A stretch of 42,461 nt of DNA from a virus (Duplodnaviria; Heunggongvirae; Uroviricota; Caudoviricetes), in IMG/VR virus record IMGVR_UViG_2703719365_000009. The stretch is one strand, 5' to 3'. The position numbers and the translations under genes were made by a program. Below are positions 9,410 to 18,346 of the stretch, in pieces. The first letter of the stretch is position 1. Each line of letters begins with the position of its first letter. The notes beneath the pieces are model-generated. The model was not told the origin of the DNA, did no database searches, and worked only from the letters and a program-made list of their open reading frames with translations.

Positions 9410-9961
9410 ATGATGAAATTACAACCCATGGGACTAAAAGGTCGCGCCCCCGCTCATGTCCGTCCGTGGACACCTGAAGAAGATGCGCTGCTGATTGCGC
9501 TTTATTCATCCACCCCGGTTAAGGATATTGCTGCCAGAATAAAAAGAACTGTCTGGGCTGTATATAACCGGACTGGTGTATTGCGCAGTTCATACCCGGA
9601 GTTACTGAAATATAAACACCCAAGATTTACACCTGATGAAGATAAGTTTATTCGAAAAAATGCCAGAACAATGACCTGCCAGCAAATGGGAGAATATCTC
9701 GGACGTAATAAAGATTCTGTCAGATGTCGGGCAGGAATGATTGGTGCTGGATTAACAAAGTGCGGAGAGTTACGCCCCGGCACGCGCATATCTGATGATG
9801 ATGTACGTCTTATACGTGCGCTGCGTGATTCCGATTACCCACGCCGTCTGTCATTCCGGGAAATTGGCGAAAAGTTTGGAATATCTGAACATTCTGCTCA
9901 CGCAGTTTATTACCGTCGCCGGACTGCCGAGGACGCTGTATTACGGGAGTTAACGCCATGA
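9410..9961 (+). CDS. Early protein with three internal Myb/SANT-like helix-turn-helix repeats (putative DNA-binding)
   Basis: 183 aa; repeats WTPEEDALLIALY (about res 20), FTPDEDKFIRKN (about res 73), ISDDDVRLIRAL (about res 127). Confidence 0.55.
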   Translation: MMKLQPMGLKGRAPAHVRPWTPEEDALLIALYSSTPVKDIAARIKRTVWAVYNRTGVLRSSYPELLKYKHPRFTPDEDKFIRKNARTMTCQQMGEYLGRNKDSVRCRAGMIGAGLTKCGELRPGTRISDDDVRLIRALRDSDYPRRLSFREIGEKFGISEHSAHAVYYRRRTAEDAVLRELTP

Positions 9962-10287
9962 TAACGACCTTATTTGTTGAATCAGATGAACCTCTTGTGT
10001 GTGCCGCCGGAATGCCGCTCTGTGGCGGAACGCTGACCGGTGTTTATTTCGGGGATTTACGCGGTTATCCCTGGCATTCACTGAATGATGCTTTCCCACC
10101 TGATATGGAGGCTGTCGTGCTGATTGTTCAGTATGGTCACCGTCAGGAGCTGCGCATCGGCCATATGGGGTATGAAGGCTTTTTTGTTGATGAAGAAACC
10201 GGAGCCTGCCTTGAAGATGAAGACGGACAGGTGACGCACTGGTGTCATATTTCGGCTTTACCGGAATTACGGGAGGTGAATGCGTGA
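9958..10287 (+). CDS. Hypothetical early protein
   Basis: 109 aa; ATGA overlap with upstream gene. Confidence 0.5.
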   Translation: MITTLFVESDEPLVCAAGMPLCGGTLTGVYFGDLRGYPWHSLNDAFPPDMEAVVLIVQYGHRQELRIGHMGYEGFFVDEETGACLEDEDGQVTHWCHISALPELREVNA

Positions 10288-10634
10288 GAAGTTATATTGA
10301 TAATGAAAAGCTGGAGACAATAAGCGACTGTCTTAGCTTGCTGGCAAAAATCAAAGAAACTATTGAAGAGATTAAATTTCAGCTTGAATACGAACCCTGT
10401 GGCGATGATACATGGCGTAACTCTGCCAGAAAAGCACTGGCTGTCTTTCAGAAACAACGCCGGACTGTTGAGTACCGACTTGCTGTATTGCGCCAGGAGG
10501 AAAAGGAAAGAAATATAAGACGTCATGAACTCGTTAATGATTTTCTTGTTCGTGAATTAAAGGAGCGTGTGCCGGAGTCGGTATTTTTTGAGTGTGAGGC
10601 TGTTGCCCGTAGCAAAGCACTGGAAACTGATTAA
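10284..10634 (+). CDS. Hypothetical early protein (charged, probably coiled-coil)
   Basis: GTG 10284 overlapping upstream stop with RBS GGGAGGTG (alternative ATG 10242 would overlap 46 nt). Confidence 0.45.
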   Translation: MRSYIDNEKLETISDCLSLLAKIKETIEEIKFQLEYEPCGDDTWRNSARKALAVFQKQRRTVEYRLAVLRQEEKERNIRRHELVNDFLVRELKERVPESVFFECEAVARSKALETD

Positions 10635-10646
10635 ACAGGCAGGTGA

Positions 10647-10982
10647 ATGATGAGTATTGAATTAAGATCGTCTTATGAATATCGTAAAATTCTCATCGCC
10701 GGAGGCATGAAACCGGAAGATGCAGAAAAAATCGTTTCTTTTATGGATAAAGAATGTGACAAACGGGATATGCCAGAAATTATTATGGATGACATGATTC
10801 TGCATTCAGCCGTAGCGTTAAGCCCGTTATGGATTGTGCATTCTCTTGCTGAAATTGCCAAAGGCACCGATAAACAGGCAGCTGTTGCTGCCCTTCAGAC
10901 GCTTAATGAAATGCGTATATCTCCACGCCCGACATTAATACATATGATTCTGTCCAGCATGGAGGATAAAGCAAATGAATAG
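10647..10982 (+). CDS. Hypothetical early protein
   Basis: 111 aa; RBS AGGTGA before ATG. Confidence 0.5.
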   Translation: MMSIELRSSYEYRKILIAGGMKPEDAEKIVSFMDKECDKRDMPEIIMDDMILHSAVALSPLWIVHSLAEIAKGTDKQAAVAALQTLNEMRISPRPTLIHMILSSMEDKANE

Positions 10983-11172
10983 TCTACCCGCTGGATGGGC
11001 GAGGCCACTAATGGCCAGGAAGCATCATTTTTTTAAAACAGGCGAAAATATCAGTATATGTGGACGGTGGTTATATCTGGCTCATAATCGCGAGCCGGAT
11101 ACATTTGAAAGCCCTGATGACTGTGCCGAATGCCGCAGAAGAGTGAATAAGGAGAAAGATAATGGACAATAG
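10975..11172 (+). CDS. Small protein with possible zinc-ribbon (Cys pairs)
   Basis: 65 aa; C-x-large gap-CAEC arrangement; overlaps neighbours. Confidence 0.4.
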   Translation: MNSLPAGWARPLMARKHHFFKTGENISICGRWLYLAHNREPDTFESPDDCAECRRRVNKEKDNGQ

Positions 11173-11458
11173 TTCTCTGTTGTTCTGGTGCTTATATATC
11201 ACATCCTTTTTCGGTGCATTTGTTATTACCCGGTGGTTATGTCGAAAAATCATCTGCTTTTTTGATAAAAGATATCCGGTTGAACGGGCGGCTGATGCAC
11301 TCATTCAGCAGGCCATTGTGTTATATAGCGGTGAATTTTTCTGCCGAATAACAACCAGAGATGGCTGGCACATAATGATTATTCCGCCAACACACCATGT
11401 CCGGTGGGATGAGGCAGAAAAGGCTTTCCATGTCCGTAAAAAGGTAAATACGGTATGA
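11162..11458 (+). CDS. Small membrane protein (one predicted TM helix)
   Basis: 98 aa; hydrophobic segment LLFWCLYITSFFGAFVIT. Confidence 0.45.
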   Translation: MDNSSLLFWCLYITSFFGAFVITRWLCRKIICFFDKRYPVERAADALIQQAIVLYSGEFFCRITTRDGWHIMIIPPTHHVRWDEAEKAFHVRKKVNTV

Positions 11459-11964
11459 GAGGAAAACTGATATCCGCCATTCATGTGGCAAAGCGCGAGC
11501 TTGCCCTTGATGATGAGGCTTATACATTCGCGCTGCTGGCCGCCACCGGCAAAACCAGCTGCCGGGATATGTCACCGGATGAGTTATCCCGCGTGCTGGA
11601 TGTTTTCAAAAAACGCGGTTTTAAAGTGCGTCAGAACCCGGTTAACCGGGCCTTAAAACCGGGTACGGTGACCGCTAAAATTCGCGCCATCTGGAAGGTG
11701 ATGCACCGGCAGGGCTTTATCTCTGATGGTGCGGAAACCGCCCTTAACCGCTGGGTGAAATCGCAGACGGCCGCGCAAAACGGCGGCGAAGGTGTGGCAA
11801 ACTGGCAGTGGCTGGAGCAACACCCCGCCCTGGCCTCAGATGTGCTGGAGCGTCTCAAGCGATGGCACCGCCGCAAAATGCTGGCCGCGATGGGAATGCC
11901 CGAACGCACGCTGATGGGGTATGACGCCGTTTGCAGGCAGTATGAAAAATCACTTCCCCGTTAA
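11455..11964 (+). CDS. GemA-like protein (Mu gp16 family)
   Basis: 169 aa; N-terminal KRELALDDEAYTFALLAATGKTSCRDMSPDELSRVLDVFKKRGFKV resembles Mu gp16/GemA family as recalled. Confidence 0.6.
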   Translation: MRGKLISAIHVAKRELALDDEAYTFALLAATGKTSCRDMSPDELSRVLDVFKKRGFKVRQNPVNRALKPGTVTAKIRAIWKVMHRQGFISDGAETALNRWVKSQTAAQNGGEGVANWQWLEQHPALASDVLERLKRWHRRKMLAAMGMPERTLMGYDAVCRQYEKSLPR

Positions 11965-11970
11965 CCCCAA

Positions 11971-11998
11971 ATCCCGCCATAACGCGGGATTTTTATTT
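11971..11998 (+). terminator. Rho-independent terminator ending the early operon
   Basis: ATCCCGC-CATAAC-GCGGGAT hairpin followed by TTTTATTT. Confidence 0.7.
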
Positions 11999-12033
11999 TA
12001 AACTTACCGGGAACGCGAGAACCGGAGGCTGAT

Positions 12034-12459
12034 ATGGCAGAAACTCAGATGAGCATGTTTGGTGGTGACAGTGAGCAACTGCACGCCCTTATCGACCGCC
12101 TTGATGACATCCCTGATGATGTTCTCAAAAAGAACTGGCCGCGGACCCTGTCAGAACTGGTTGAAGTCACCGGCGCAGAACTTCAGCGTCAGGGGATTGA
12201 GCCGGTACTGGCCGGCAAACTGGCACGCAAGGTGGCTGCGGCTCAGGCAGCCTATATGGGCGGACGGGGTTATTACCTGCCGGTCGGGGAATCTCTCTTT
12301 GCCGAGCTGCGAAACAATGAGATATTTTCGCGCTGGGACCGGGGCGAGAAAATTGAATCCCTTCGCCGCCATTACCGGATGTCAGAAACCCAGATTTATA
12401 CCGTCATACGTGAACAGCGCCGTCTGCATCTGGCAAGAACACAACCGCCACTTTTCTGA
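12034..12459 (+). CDS. Mor/C-family transcription activator (C-like by position, immediately upstream of lys)
   Basis: 141 aa; C-terminal YLPVGESL...IYTVIREQRRL resembles Mor/C family HTH region as recalled; RBS GGAGG. Confidence 0.75.
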   Translation: MAETQMSMFGGDSEQLHALIDRLDDIPDDVLKKNWPRTLSELVEVTGAELQRQGIEPVLAGKLARKVAAAQAAYMGGRGYYLPVGESLFAELRNNEIFSRWDRGEKIESLRRHYRMSETQIYTVIREQRRLHLARTQPPLF

Positions 12460-12530
12460 TATTCCGCAAAGCCTGCCGCCTTTCCTTCACCGTTACGCTG
12501 ACTCAGAGAACATCATGAGACAGCGTAACA

Positions 12531-13031
12531 ATGCCAAAACTCCCCGCACCACTGCGTAAAAAGCTGATTGCCCTTGTTCTGGCCGGTGCCGGGACGTTCA
12601 CGATTGCCACGCATTACACCGGTTACTGGGAAGGGAAAGAAAACTCCACGTATATCGATCCCACCGGTACACCCACCATCTGTTACGGCCATACCGGCCC
12701 GGATGTGAAACCGGGTATGACCCTGACGGATGAAGAATGCCTGGAACTACTGGAAAAGGACATGAAATGGGCCTTTGCGGCCATTGATCGGCGTGTTCAG
12801 GTGCCGCTTACCCGTGGTCAGACGGTGGCGCTGGCTTCGTGGATCTTCTGGGCCGGTGAAACGAACTTTCGCAACTCCACGCTTCTGCGCCTGATCAATG
12901 CCGGGCAGATGCCCGCGTCCTGTAAGCAGTATATCCGCTGGATTTATTCAAAGGGGGTGAAGCTCCCCGGCCTTGAGGCCCGCCGTTCGGCGGATGAATG
13001 GTTATGTCGCTACGATTTGCCGAAAGTCTGA
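12531..13031 (+). CDS. lys: Endolysin, lysozyme-type with N-terminal signal-anchor-release (SAR) segment
   Basis: 166 aa; Gly/Ala-rich weakly hydrophobic N-terminus LIALVLAGAGTFTIATHY followed by YWEG...D...T lysozyme-like catalytic region. Confidence 0.8.
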   Translation: MPKLPAPLRKKLIALVLAGAGTFTIATHYTGYWEGKENSTYIDPTGTPTICYGHTGPDVKPGMTLTDEECLELLEKDMKWAFAAIDRRVQVPLTRGQTVALASWIFWAGETNFRNSTLLRLINAGQMPASCKQYIRWIYSKGVKLPGLEARRSADEWLCRYDLPKV

Positions 13032-13104
13032 ACCGCTTCTGGCGACCGATCATGATAGCGCTGCTGTGTGCGGTACTGCTGTTACGGGGTGTCCTGTGGC
13101 TGCG

Positions 13105-13494
13105 GTGAATAATGCCTTACCGGCCCTGATTGCCGGGGCGTGCATGGCGGCGCTGGGGATTATCGCTGTACTGGTTGCCGCGATATGGGGAATGCACCAG
13201 AAGACGCAGCGCCTTGAAGACAATAATCAGGTGCTTGTGCGTGAGCGGGATGAGGCGCGTCAGGTGCTGGCAAATCAGCAGCACACCCTGCAACTCATTT
13301 CACAAATCAGTGAGGCGGCCACGAATGAAAAACAACAGAACATTCAGCACAGCGAGGGGCAGCAGAGCGTTGTCCGCCGGTCGCTGGCAGCAGTGCCTGC
13401 GGCCTCTGCCCCTGTTCCTGATGATGTGGCTGATCGGGTGCGCCGGGCCGTCTGTGAAATACGTGCCTGTGAAGCCGGTGCCGATCCCCGCTGA
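13105..13494 (+). CDS. Putative i-spanin (Rz-like inner membrane spanin); start uncertain (GTG 13105 or ATG 13144)
   Basis: N-terminal TM segment ALPALIAGACMAALGIIAVLVAAIW then charged coiled-coil-like region; directly after endolysin. Confidence 0.55.
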   Translation: MNNALPALIAGACMAALGIIAVLVAAIWGMHQKTQRLEDNNQVLVRERDEARQVLANQQHTLQLISQISEAATNEKQQNIQHSEGQQSVVRRSLAAVPAASAPVPDDVADRVRRAVCEIRACEAGADPR

Positions 13495-13696
13495 ATGGCT
13501 GGCTGACTGCCTGGTCCCTCCTGCGCCGGAGCCGTTCACGTTTGGGGCATCGGTCACTTACAACCTGCAACTGCTGGCGGTGATCAAGAACTGCAACGTG
13601 GACAAGGCCAGTATTCGTCGTCTGGAGACGCGGCGACAACATGAATTTACTGATATGGCCGGAACGCCTGCTGTTCCGGCAGGAAAAACGAAGTAA
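13325..13696 (+). CDS. Putative o-spanin (Rz1-like outer membrane lipoprotein), overlapping the i-spanin in another frame
   Basis: Signal with lipobox-like LIGC then proline-rich region PVKPVPIPAEW...PPAPEP; overlapped gene arrangement. Confidence 0.5.
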   Translation: MKNNRTFSTARGSRALSAGRWQQCLRPLPLFLMMWLIGCAGPSVKYVPVKPVPIPAEWLADCLVPPAPEPFTFGASVTYNLQLLAVIKNCNVDKASIRRLETRRQHEFTDMAGTPAVPAGKTK

Positions 13697-13705
13697 GGAA
13701 AAGGT

Positions 13706-13933
13706 ATGGATGATTCAGATCGTGCTCAGGCTGTGATGGAGCGGGGATCAGAACGCGCCCTTTGTAACCGGCTGACACGTAAGCGCCAGGCAGTGGATAC
13801 GCCGGGCAGACGTGTCTGCGCGGACTGTGGTGGAGAGATCCCCGCCGCACGTCTTGTTGCTGTGCCTGATGCCATCCGTTGTGTGAACTGCCAGAACATC
13901 ATGGAGGCCCGTAATGTGGGTCAGCATCGTTAA
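13706..13933 (+). CDS. TraR/DksA-family C4 zinc-finger protein
   Basis: 75 aa; CADCGGEI ... CVNCQ zinc finger. Confidence 0.7.
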   Translation: MDDSDRAQAVMERGSERALCNRLTRKRQAVDTPGRRVCADCGGEIPAARLVAVPDAIRCVNCQNIMEARNVGQHR

Positions 13934-14222
13934 AGATTATGTTGTGCCGATCCTTTCGGCGACGGCAACCGCTGGCGGGATATTCATGGCGCTGATGCGC
14001 AAAACGTTTGTCCCCCGCGAGGCCTTTGAAAAACTCTCCGACCGCGTTGAGAAGGTGGAAACCCGCCTGTCGTCACTGCCGACAGAAGCCGAGGTCAACC
14101 GTCTGAATGTGGAAATCGTGACCCTGCGGGGTGAACTGAAAACCACGAACGCCACGCTCCGCTCTGTCTCCTATCAGAACGAACTGCTGCTGGAGCAGGC
14201 TGTAAGGAAAAAAACGCAATGA
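13914..14222 (+). CDS. Small membrane/coiled-coil protein (Mu gp25 position)
   Basis: 102 aa; N-terminal hydrophobic helix then coiled-coil; RBS GGAGG. Confidence 0.5.
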   Translation: MWVSIVKDYVVPILSATATAGGIFMALMRKTFVPREAFEKLSDRVEKVETRLSSLPTEAEVNRLNVEIVTLRGELKTTNATLRSVSYQNELLLEQAVRKKTQ

Positions 14223-14509
14223 GTGATTTCATTACTGAAGATCAGCGTCTGGTCATTCTGCGGTCGCTGGCAGATTACAACGGTGAACTGGGTGAATCCG
14301 TGCTCCAGGACTGTCTGGATGATTACGGCCACCGCGTGTCCCGCGACACCGTTCACACCCACATTGCCTGGCTTGCCGAGCAGGGACTGGTGCGCAAACG
14401 CGTTCTGATTAACGGTTATTTCATCGCGGAACTGACCGGTCGTGGGCAGGATGTGGCGGAAGGCCGGGCCTGCGTTCCGGGTGTGAAGAAACCACGCGCA
14501 AGGGGGTAA
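14219..14509 (+). CDS. Small protein (Mu gp26 position)
   Basis: 96 aa; overlaps upstream stop. Confidence 0.5.
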   Translation: MSDFITEDQRLVILRSLADYNGELGESVLQDCLDDYGHRVSRDTVHTHIAWLAEQGLVRKRVLINGYFIAELTGRGQDVAEGRACVPGVKKPRARG

Positions 14510-14511
14510 CG

Positions 14512-15093
14512 ATGGACAAGCCGACGCGTGGTCGTGTACGCAAGGTGGATTTGCTCCCCGACAGCATCCGTAAGCCGCTGCTGGAAATGCTGCGTGAAAA
14601 ACGTCTGACGCAGGTCCAGATCCGCGAGGAAATCAACCGTCTGATCCGAGAGGCGGGCCTGCCGGAAGAGCAGCAGCTTTCACCGGCGGCCATCAGCCGG
14701 GAAGCCTCCCGTAATGAGCTGATTGCCCGTAACCTGCGTGATTTACGCGAGCAGACAAAAGCCATGATGGCCGAACTGGGGGACAAGCCAACCGGTGAAA
14801 CCACAGCGCTGATTCTGGAAATGTCCCGCGCCCTGATGTACCGCCGCCTGCGTGCCGCGACCGAATCTCTGAACAGCGACAGCGACGTGGATATGCGCCT
14901 CATCAAAGACATCCTCCTGTCAGCACAGCGTGCGGAAAGTGCCGCCGAGCGCAGCATTAAGCGTGAAAAAGAAATCCGGGCCGCATTTGCTGAAGAGATG
15001 GCAAACGCGGTCACCGACGAGCTGCGCGGCGTGGACGGGATGAGTGAACAGCTTGAGTCCCGTATTAAGGGGATTCTGTTGGGTAAAGCCTGA
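14512..15093 (+). CDS. Terminase small subunit (Mu gp27-like)
   Basis: 193 aa, charged, immediately upstream of large terminase; RBS AAGGGGG. Confidence 0.7.
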   Translation: MDKPTRGRVRKVDLLPDSIRKPLLEMLREKRLTQVQIREEINRLIREAGLPEEQQLSPAAISREASRNELIARNLRDLREQTKAMMAELGDKPTGETTALILEMSRALMYRRLRAATESLNSDSDVDMRLIKDILLSAQRAESAAERSIKREKEIRAAFAEEMANAVTDELRGVDGMSEQLESRIKGILLGKA

Positions 15094-16757
15094 TGAATAA
15101 CGCCGAAGAACTCTCACCCTTACTGACGAATACCGTCTCCACCCGCAAAATTGATCTGGCCGGTGAAAAAGCCCTGCTGGGCGTGGATGTGCCGGACAGC
15201 CTTGATTTGCCCGGTGATATGCCGGTGTTTCTGGATTATCAGGCCCGCTGGTTTGAGGATGAAAGCGAGGTCTGCATCGCGGAAAAATCCCGCCGCACCG
15301 GGCTTACCTGGGCGGAAGCCGGGCGTAACGTCATTACCGCTGCAAAACCGAAGCGGCGTGGTGGCCGCAATGTGTTTTATGTGGGGTCAAAGCAGGAGAT
15401 GGCGCTGGAATATATTTCTGCCTGCGCACTGTTCTCCCGTGCCTTTAACCAGCTGGCAGATGCTGATGTGTATGAGCAGACCTTCTGGGATCGGGATAAA
15501 AAAGAAGAAATTCTGACCTACATGATCCGCTTTCCGAACAGTGGATTCAAAATTCAGGCACTGTCTTCCCGTCCGTCAAACCTGCGCGGCCTTCAGGGGG
15601 ATGTGGTGATTGATGAAGCCGCGTTCCACGAGTCACTGGATGAGCTTCTCAAGGCGGCAATGGCGCTTACCATGTGGGGCGCGCGCGTGCGTATTATCTC
15701 CACGCATAACGGCGTCGATAATCTGTTTAATCAGTACATTCAGGAAGCCCGCGAGGGGCGCAAGGATTACAGCGTCCACCGCATTACCCTGGATGATGCC
15801 ATTGCGGACGGGCTGTACCGTCGTATCTGTTATGTCACCGGCCGCGAATGGTCACCGGAAAGCGAGCAGAAGTGGCGTGATGATCTCTACAAAAACGCCC
15901 CGACCCGTGAGGATGCCGACGAGGAATACGGCTGTATCCCGAAAAAATCCGGCGGTGCCTATATTCCTCACGCGCTTATTGAAATGGCGATGATCCGCGA
16001 CATCCCGATTCTGACGTTTGAAGCCCCGGACGACTTCATCAGCCGTGCCGCATGGCTGCGTGAATCGGAGGTTTTAACCTGGTGTGAAGAACATTTAAAA
16101 CCGCTTTTAGAGGCGTTAAATCCCCGTTCCCGCTTCAGCTTCGGGGAAGACTTTGCCCGCACCGGAGACCTGTCCTGCTTTGTGCTGCTGGAAATCACTG
16201 AATCCCTGGCAAAACGCGAGGTGTTTCGCGTGGAGCTGCGCAACCTGCCGTATGCCCAGCAGGAGCAGGTGATGATGTACATCCTGACCCGCGTTCCGGC
16301 GCTGGTCGGTGCGGCGTTCGACGCCACCGGTAACGGCGGCTATCTGGCCGAAGCCGCGCTGCTGGCCTTTGGCCCGGACATCATCGACTGCGTGATGTTA
16401 TCGCCGAAGTGGTATGGCGAGTGGATGCCAAAACTGAAGGCCGAGTTTGAGGATCAGAATATCCTCGTCGCCCGCCATCAGACCACGCTTGATGATTTGC
16501 GCCATGTGAAGGTGGTGAACGGTATCCCGCAAATCGACAAGGGGCGTACGAAGGACCAGAACGCAACGGCTGTGAACGCCCGCCGCCATGGTGATTTTGC
16601 CGTGGCGCTCTGTATGGCAAACCGGGCGTCATACATGGAGGGCTTCATCCTGGATGAATCAGCCTGTCAGGCGCTGCCGGAGCGGTCGCGGGCAATGGAG
16701 GGCGGTTATCGTGATGACGATGAGGCATATCATGAATTTGATCGGGGGTGCTGGTAG
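15093..16757 (+). CDS. Terminase large subunit (Mu gp28-like)
   Basis: 554 aa; position and size; start overlaps upstream stop. Confidence 0.85.
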   Translation: MNNAEELSPLLTNTVSTRKIDLAGEKALLGVDVPDSLDLPGDMPVFLDYQARWFEDESEVCIAEKSRRTGLTWAEAGRNVITAAKPKRRGGRNVFYVGSKQEMALEYISACALFSRAFNQLADADVYEQTFWDRDKKEEILTYMIRFPNSGFKIQALSSRPSNLRGLQGDVVIDEAAFHESLDELLKAAMALTMWGARVRIISTHNGVDNLFNQYIQEAREGRKDYSVHRITLDDAIADGLYRRICYVTGREWSPESEQKWRDDLYKNAPTREDADEEYGCIPKKSGGAYIPHALIEMAMIRDIPILTFEAPDDFISRAAWLRESEVLTWCEEHLKPLLEALNPRSRFSFGEDFARTGDLSCFVLLEITESLAKREVFRVELRNLPYAQQEQVMMYILTRVPALVGAAFDATGNGGYLAEAALLAFGPDIIDCVMLSPKWYGEWMPKLKAEFEDQNILVARHQTTLDDLRHVKVVNGIPQIDKGRTKDQNATAVNARRHGDFAVALCMANRASYMEGFILDESACQALPERSRAMEGGYRDDDEAYHEFDRGCW

Positions 16758-18346
16758 TGGGACGCATAATTGATCTTGACGGAAAACCTTTCTCCTTTGA
16801 CCCGGAGATGCAGAGTGCCGTGCTGGATATTCCGCAGATTGCCAGCCGTTATATTGAACATCCGGCCTCGGGTATCACCCCGAACCGGGCGGCACAGTGC
16901 CTTCGCGGAGCTGAACGTGGCGATCTGATTGCCCAGTCCGATCTGGCCGCTGACATTGAAGAAAAGGATACCCACCTTTTTGCAGAGCTGGGCAAGCGAC
17001 GCCTTGCCATTCAGGGGGTGTCCTGGAGTATTGAGCCGCCCCCGAACGCCAGCGCGAATGAGAAAAAGGACGCGGAAATGCTCGACGAATATCTGCATTC
17101 CGCCGACTGGTTTGATGCCATGCTGTTTGATGCCACCGATGCCATCCTGAAGGGCTATTCCTGTATGGAGATTGAGCACGGGATGCTCGGTAAAATGCAC
17201 ATCATCCGCGCCATCCGCTGGCGTGACAGCGGGCATTTCTGCCTTAACCCGGATGATTTGAGCGAACTGCGGCTGCGTGACGGCAGCCATGCCGGGGTGG
17301 CGTTTCAGCCCTTTGGCTGGATAGTGCATCAGTCGCGTTCACGCACTGGCTACGGTGGTGCGACGGGGCTTGTCAGAACGCTTATCTGGCCGTTCATTTT
17401 CAAAAACTATTCCGTGCGCGATCTGGCTGAATTTCTGGAGGTGTACGGCCTGCCGATGAAGGTCGGTAAATACCCGTCCGGGGCAACACCGGAGCAGAAA
17501 AGCGCCCTGATGCGGGCGGTGATGGATATCGGGCGACGTACAGGCGGGATCATCCCGGCCGGGATGTCGCTGGAGTTTCAGGCGGCAGCGAACGGTCAGG
17601 CCGATCCGTTTGAAACCATGATTTCGTGGGGGGAGCGTTCCATCTCCAAAGCTATCCTCGGCGGCACGCTGACCACGGAAGCCGGAGACAAGGGCGCACG
17701 TTCGCTGGGTGAAGTGCATAACGAGGTGCGCCGGGAAATCAGGGATTCTGATTTACGTCAGCTGGCCGCCACGCTGAACCGCGATCTGGTGTATCCGCTG
17801 TATGCCCTGAACACCGCCCACGCCATTGATATCCGTCGCCTGCCGCGTATCTGTTTCCAGACAAAAGAGCCGGGGGATATCACCAAAATCACCAGTGCGG
17901 TGATGCAGCTCAGTACGGGGATGGATATTCCTGATCCCTGGGTGCGGGAGCAGACCGGTATTCCACAGCCTGCCCCCGGTGAAGCCATCTTCCGTGTCCG
18001 TCAGAGTGGCAATGAACCTGCTCAGACAGACAAAGAGATGCCACCGGAAAAACAGGAGAAGACAGAGCAGACAGCGCTGGCTGCCAGACTGCCGGAAGCG
18101 AAGAGCAGCCCCCGAGATGAACTGGACGACATGGGGGATGCGGTGCCTGCCCGCCGGTTACAGGAGGCCATCGACCCGGTACTGGAGCCGGTCATTGAAG
18201 CCATCAGAACGCGGGGGCTGGCGGAGGCACTGGCAGACCTGCCTGCCCTTTACCGTGAAATGGATGATTCCCGCCTGATGACGCTGCTCAGTGATGCCAT
18301 GTTTGCTGCGGAAATGAAGGGGATGCTGGATGGCACAGGGGATTGA
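16748..18346 (+). CDS. Portal protein (Mu gp29-like)
   Basis: 532 aa; GTG start overlapping terminase stop; follows terminase. Confidence 0.85.
   Translation: MLVVGRIIDLDGKPFSFDPEMQSAVLDIPQIASRYIEHPASGITPNRAAQCLRGAERGDLIAQSDLAADIEEKDTHLFAELGKRRLAIQGVSWSIEPPPNASANEKKDAEMLDEYLHSADWFDAMLFDATDAILKGYSCMEIEHGMLGKMHIIRAIRWRDSGHFCLNPDDLSELRLRDGSHAGVAFQPFGWIVHQSRSRTGYGGATGLVRTLIWPFIFKNYSVRDLAEFLEVYGLPMKVGKYPSGATPEQKSALMRAVMDIGRRTGGIIPAGMSLEFQAAANGQADPFETMISWGERSISKAILGGTLTTEAGDKGARSLGEVHNEVRREIRDSDLRQLAATLNRDLVYPLYALNTAHAIDIRRLPRICFQTKEPGDITKITSAVMQLSTGMDIPDPWVREQTGIPQPAPGEAIFRVRQSGNEPAQTDKEMPPEKQEKTEQTALAARLPEAKSSPRDELDDMGDAVPARRLQEAIDPVLEPVIEAIRTRGLAEALADLPALYREMDDSRLMTLLSDAMFAAEMKGMLDGTGD

Noticed and set aside
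14421-15014. 197-aa minus-strand ORF antisense to the small terminase gene
   Set aside because: Extremely Ser/Arg-rich and fully embedded antisense in a well-supported gene; typical shadow ORF of GC-rich coding sequence.
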